Source of the DNA: an uncultured Spirochaetota bacterium
Lineage (GTDB): Bacteria; Spirochaetota; Brevinematia; Brevinematales; JAOACQ01
Length of the DNA stretch: 64,000 bases
Assembly: GCA_963835575.1 (NCBI GenBank)
Contig: CAWIGG010000003.1
Location: forward strand, 268,480 to 332,479
Reading direction: 5' to 3'
Numbering within the stretch: the stretch's first letter is position 1; the number at the start of each line of letters is the position of its first letter. Both the position numbers and the translations under genes were made by a program. The notes under the pieces are model-generated. The model saw nothing but the letters and a program-made list of their open reading frames with translations, did not search any database and had not been told where the DNA came from. This document shows, piece by piece, positions 60,675 through 64,000 of the stretch.

Positions 60675-61082
60675 TTGAATCGAATCTACATTTTATTACT
60701 TATTATCACCCTGTTTATCTTGCCGGGCACTTCAGGCTGTTCTGCCAAGCAAAGGAGCTTTCAGGAACTGAAAAAAGTATTTCAGACTAACTCTATCCAT
60801 TATCTGGCTCTCGAAATGATTGATAAGAATGAAGTACCCATAAGATTGAAGGTTGATTATTTAACGAATTTTAATATTTACTTAGATTTGCGCTCAAAGA
60901 ATAGAGATATTAATCAGAAAATATTCAGTTTACTTGATGAAAATAATAATCCGAATAAACAAAAAATATTAGATAAACTTAGTAGGGAAAATAATGAAAC
61001 TGCTGTTTCAATATTTAAATATGATAATGTTTTAGAAAAAATTGCCAGAGAAATCCTGTGGAGGTCTTTTACGAACCAGTAA
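60675..61082 (+). CDS. Putative lipoprotein
   Basis: Hydrophobic leader ending TSGC; RBS AAAGGA. Confidence 0.5.
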   Translation: MNRIYILLLIITLFILPGTSGCSAKQRSFQELKKVFQTNSIHYLALEMIDKNEVPIRLKVDYLTNFNIYLDLRSKNRDINQKIFSLLDENNNPNKQKILDKLSRENNETAVSIFKYDNVLEKIAREILWRSFTNQ

Positions 61083-61141
61083 CCAGAAAGTCTTCCTTTC
61101 ACCTGGGGGGGACGTAAATAACCGGATAAGGGGGAATTTTT

Positions 61142-61852
61142 ATGTTTTTTCAAAACAGAGTAACGGCTTCAGTTTATACGTTCCTGATATCATTAAATTT
61201 GCTATTGCCTTCCCTTATACTCTGGCCTGATGGTAATCATTCCGCAAATCCGGATAAGCTTGCTTTGCAGACCAGCTTGAAAAGCATTGAAGATCAAATT
61301 AGAACCCTTCGGGAAGAGATCGACCAATTACATACCAAAAAAGAATCATTTAGGGATCAGATAGCATCTATTCACACTCAAAAGCGCATAGATGATATCA
61401 ATAGCCGTCTTCAGGATTTAAGTTTAAAAATATCAGCCGAACAGAAAAAGAATAATATTTCCAAATTGGTTGAGTTGACAAATCGCCAAAGCGTTATTCA
61501 GAAGGAATTGCCTATACAACAAGATCTGTTGAATCTGTATTTACAGTTGCAAATAGCTGATTCTAATATGCAGAACGAATATGTAAAATCCTTGAATGAG
61601 CAGATCAAGGCTAAACATAATGAAATTAAGGCCTTGTTTCAGCATAGACCTGCTTTGGCTATATCTACAAACTCCACTTCTTCAGCAGCTAAACCGGCGT
61701 TTATACCAAAACCCGAAGATTCCACAATCCAGACTATTCTCGACCAGTTAAAAGTGTTGGACGATAAGATCAATCAAGGCCTGTTGAAAATGGATTCACT
61801 GCAAAACAAAAGGTCGGTCCTTAAGAATCAACTCAAGGCGATGGGAAAATAG
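61142..61852 (+). CDS. Secreted coiled-coil protein
   Basis: N-terminal hydrophobic segment and long heptad pattern. Confidence 0.55.
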   Translation: MFFQNRVTASVYTFLISLNLLLPSLILWPDGNHSANPDKLALQTSLKSIEDQIRTLREEIDQLHTKKESFRDQIASIHTQKRIDDINSRLQDLSLKISAEQKKNNISKLVELTNRQSVIQKELPIQQDLLNLYLQLQIADSNMQNEYVKSLNEQIKAKHNEIKALFQHRPALAISTNSTSSAAKPAFIPKPEDSTIQTILDQLKVLDDKINQGLLKMDSLQNKRSVLKNQLKAMGK

Positions 61853-61871
61853 TATGGGAAGCTTAAAATTA

Positions 61872-62492
61872 TTAATTATTTCCTTTATTATTTTCAAATA
61901 CCATCTTAATCCTGACGTATTCATTCCAGGCGAGAAGAATGATAAGAATGTCAAAGATGGTTAAAAGAGCTAACCAGAAAGAGTGACTGTAAGTATAGCG
62001 ATAGATTTGATAGAGTATGAATAAAATTAAAACTACTATAGTAAGGGGGTAAGCCCAAAGCTTTTTCCTCCATAGAAGCCAGACCAGCAGCACTTTTATA
62101 ATGCCATGGGACAATAAGTAGAATTCGCCGAAATGCTGAGAACTGACTGAATAACCCCGTGTTAAATTAATGATAAAATTGGCTATGAAATCTTTCGGAT
62201 CTTCCACCAGTTCATTCTGTGTCAGGAAGATTATTATTTGATTCAGCCGGGCCGGATTGATGAAAATAAGCAGAATCCCAACAATAATTTCGAGAACTCC
62301 ATTGAGACCTTTCAAAAAAATACCAACCTCAAAACTGTCATGAAGCAGCCTGCTTTTTTCACTCCATTTTTTTATTCTGACTAATCCGGTTTTCAGCCTA
62401 TTAAACCAAGTCAATATAAAGCCTCCAATTACAATTTTTTGTGTTTTAATACCCTCATTTAAGAGTGCCAGTCCAGTTCGGTCGTCTTTCAT
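61872..62492 (-). CDS. DUF2127-family membrane protein (start uncertain)
   Basis: KGLNGVLE, ELVEDPKD, YLLSHGIIK, KLWAYP. Confidence 0.7.
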   Translation of the reverse strand: MKDDRTGLALLNEGIKTQKIVIGGFILTWFNRLKTGLVRIKKWSEKSRLLHDSFEVGIFLKGLNGVLEIIVGILLIFINPARLNQIIIFLTQNELVEDPKDFIANFIINLTRGYSVSSQHFGEFYLLSHGIIKVLLVWLLWRKKLWAYPLTIVVLILFILYQIYRYTYSHSFWLALLTIFDILIILLAWNEYVRIKMVFENNKGNN

Positions 62493-62703
62493 AGGTGTGT
62501 ATATTCAGGAAAAAGATTATATTCCCGTAATTGTGGTCTCTGTTATTGCCTGTCTTCTATTTGTAATAGGATTTCTCTATAGGGACCAGTTCATCAAACT
62601 AGTCCACAAGAAATATTCCCGAAAGGACGTTAAACCGGATGGGAATAGGAATTAAAAGCTGTTGTGAAAATCCTAATATTTCATTTATATTTAAAACTAT
62701 CCT

Positions 62704-63036
62704 TTAGATATCTTTTGATATCATTTTTTTTATATTAAACCTGTTCTGCGTTAATTCCAGTAATAACTGGAACCCAAAGCCTATATAAAGTGCCACTATC
62801 ATATGAAGCTGTGAAAAATACTGTTTTTGGGTTGCAACTGTAAATGGGTCCACCTGGAAATTAATGAACTTGATTAGCATCAGGTAAGATATGACAAAAG
62901 CGGCAATCGTGTAAATTGTCCAGATCTTATCCCGTATAAAGAGAAAGATAAGTCCGGCCAGGGCAAAAATGATATTCGGCCAATCGAACTGTTTGACCGT
63001 TACATTGAACACTGCAAGAATCTGGCCGCCCAAATT
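62704..63036 (-). pseudogene. Membrane-protein 3' fragment abutting IS256
   Basis: Hydrophobic ORF running to the IS boundary at 63037. Confidence 0.45.
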
Positions 63037-64000
63037 GAGTTATAATAGAAAGTTGTGTATAGGAATAAATATTATAAAAAAGATGGCGTACCCTCTATAA
63101 TTTATTTACGACAATAAACAAAAGGAGGAATACGCCATATGCCGAAGCACAACGAAGATTTTAAGCTCTTACAGGCTTTTAATCAAGATGAAACAGTAGA
63201 ATTTTTATGTCTTGAAGAATTGGCAAGGATCGGGGCCAGGGAAATAATCAAGAAGGCTCTGGAAGATGAAATTAATGGGTTTCTTCAGGAGAGAGAGCAT
63301 TTAACTATCGAAGACGGGAGAAAGGCAATAGTAAGAAATGGGTATCATAAAGCCCGTCAGATTCTCATTGGTGGAGGGGCTATTGATGTATGTATTCCGA
63401 GAACAAGGAACCGACTCGGAGGCGACAATTTTCAAAGCCTAATAGTACCGCCGTATATGAGAAAAAGCCTGAGAATTGAGGAAGCCATTCCATTGTTGTA
63501 TCTCTATGGAGTCTCAGAGATGGATATGGAGAATGCCTTGAGAGGATTGCTTGGTGAAGAAGCGAAAGGATTATCAGCCTCAAGTATAAGCAGAATGAAA
63601 CAAGGATGGGGTAAAGAATATGATGAGTGGCGGACATCCGATTTAAGCGATAAAAAGTATTGCTATATATGGGTTGACGGCATTTACTTCAATGTACAGG
63701 GCAGCGAAGACCGTTTATGCACTCTTGTAATGATCGGAGCCAATGAGAATGGTGAAAAGGAGATTATTCTTGTTGAAGAAGGTTACAGAGAGAATTCCGA
63801 GACTTGGTTAGGGATATTAAGAAACCTAAAAGAAAAAGGTTTGAAAGGTCCTATTCTTTTTATCGGAGACGGAAGCCTTGGATTCTGGAAAGCAGCCAAA
63901 GAAGTATATCCTGAATCCAGATGGCAGAGATGCTGGGTTCATAAGATAAAGAACATTCTAAACAAGCTGCCCAAAGTATTACAGTCAAAGGCAAAAGAGA
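63037..64000 (+). mobile_element. IS256-family element copy 2 (cut by window end; transposase starts at 63139)
   Basis: Reverse complement of the 23251-proximal part of copy 1; IR GAGTTATAATAGAAAGTTGTGTAT. Confidence 0.95.

Noticed and set aside
1..64000. CRISPR array, rRNA, tRNA
   Set aside because: No regularly spaced repeats or recognisable RNA-gene sequences seen by eye; a covariance-model search was not possible
1..64000. Complete DGR (RT, template repeat, avd)
   Set aside because: No reverse-transcriptase ORF and no second copy of the 810-932 segment found in the window

Overview
Bacterial DNA, low GC, probably Gram-negative (lipoproteins, TolC, porin-like protein, PilZ proteins); taxonomy is not determinable from this window alone. 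It is a heavily rearranged accessory region in three parts. (1) About 1-34.5 kb is a mosaic whose junctions are repeatedly marked by ~38-bp Tn3-family terminal inverted repeats (10 ends, two complete miniature elements, no tnpA). It carries an FGE-sulfatase gene with a DGR-type variable region, duplicated frameshifted tyrosine recombinases, ankyrin genes, groEL-groES in reversed order, an AbiE toxin-antitoxin pair, two large glycoside-hydrolase-like lipoproteins sharing a promoter/signal-peptide module, a two-component/uppP/TolC-RND cluster, and c-di-GMP genes. (2) 34.6-56.7 kb is a sulfate-assimilation plus complete siroheme-biosynthesis island, bracketed by two near-identical IS5-family copies and a ~150-bp direct repeat. 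It encodes a protein-thiocarboxylate-type homocysteine pathway in which the ubiquitin-like sulfur carrier is fused in frame to the PLP sulfhydrylase, with a JAMM protease in the same operon. (3) 56.7-64 kb holds miscellaneous genes and a second IS256 copy. IS256 interrupts tolC and IS1182 interrupts cysNC, both with clear target-site duplications. No rRNA, tRNA or CRISPR array was seen. All calls are by eye; no database searches were run.
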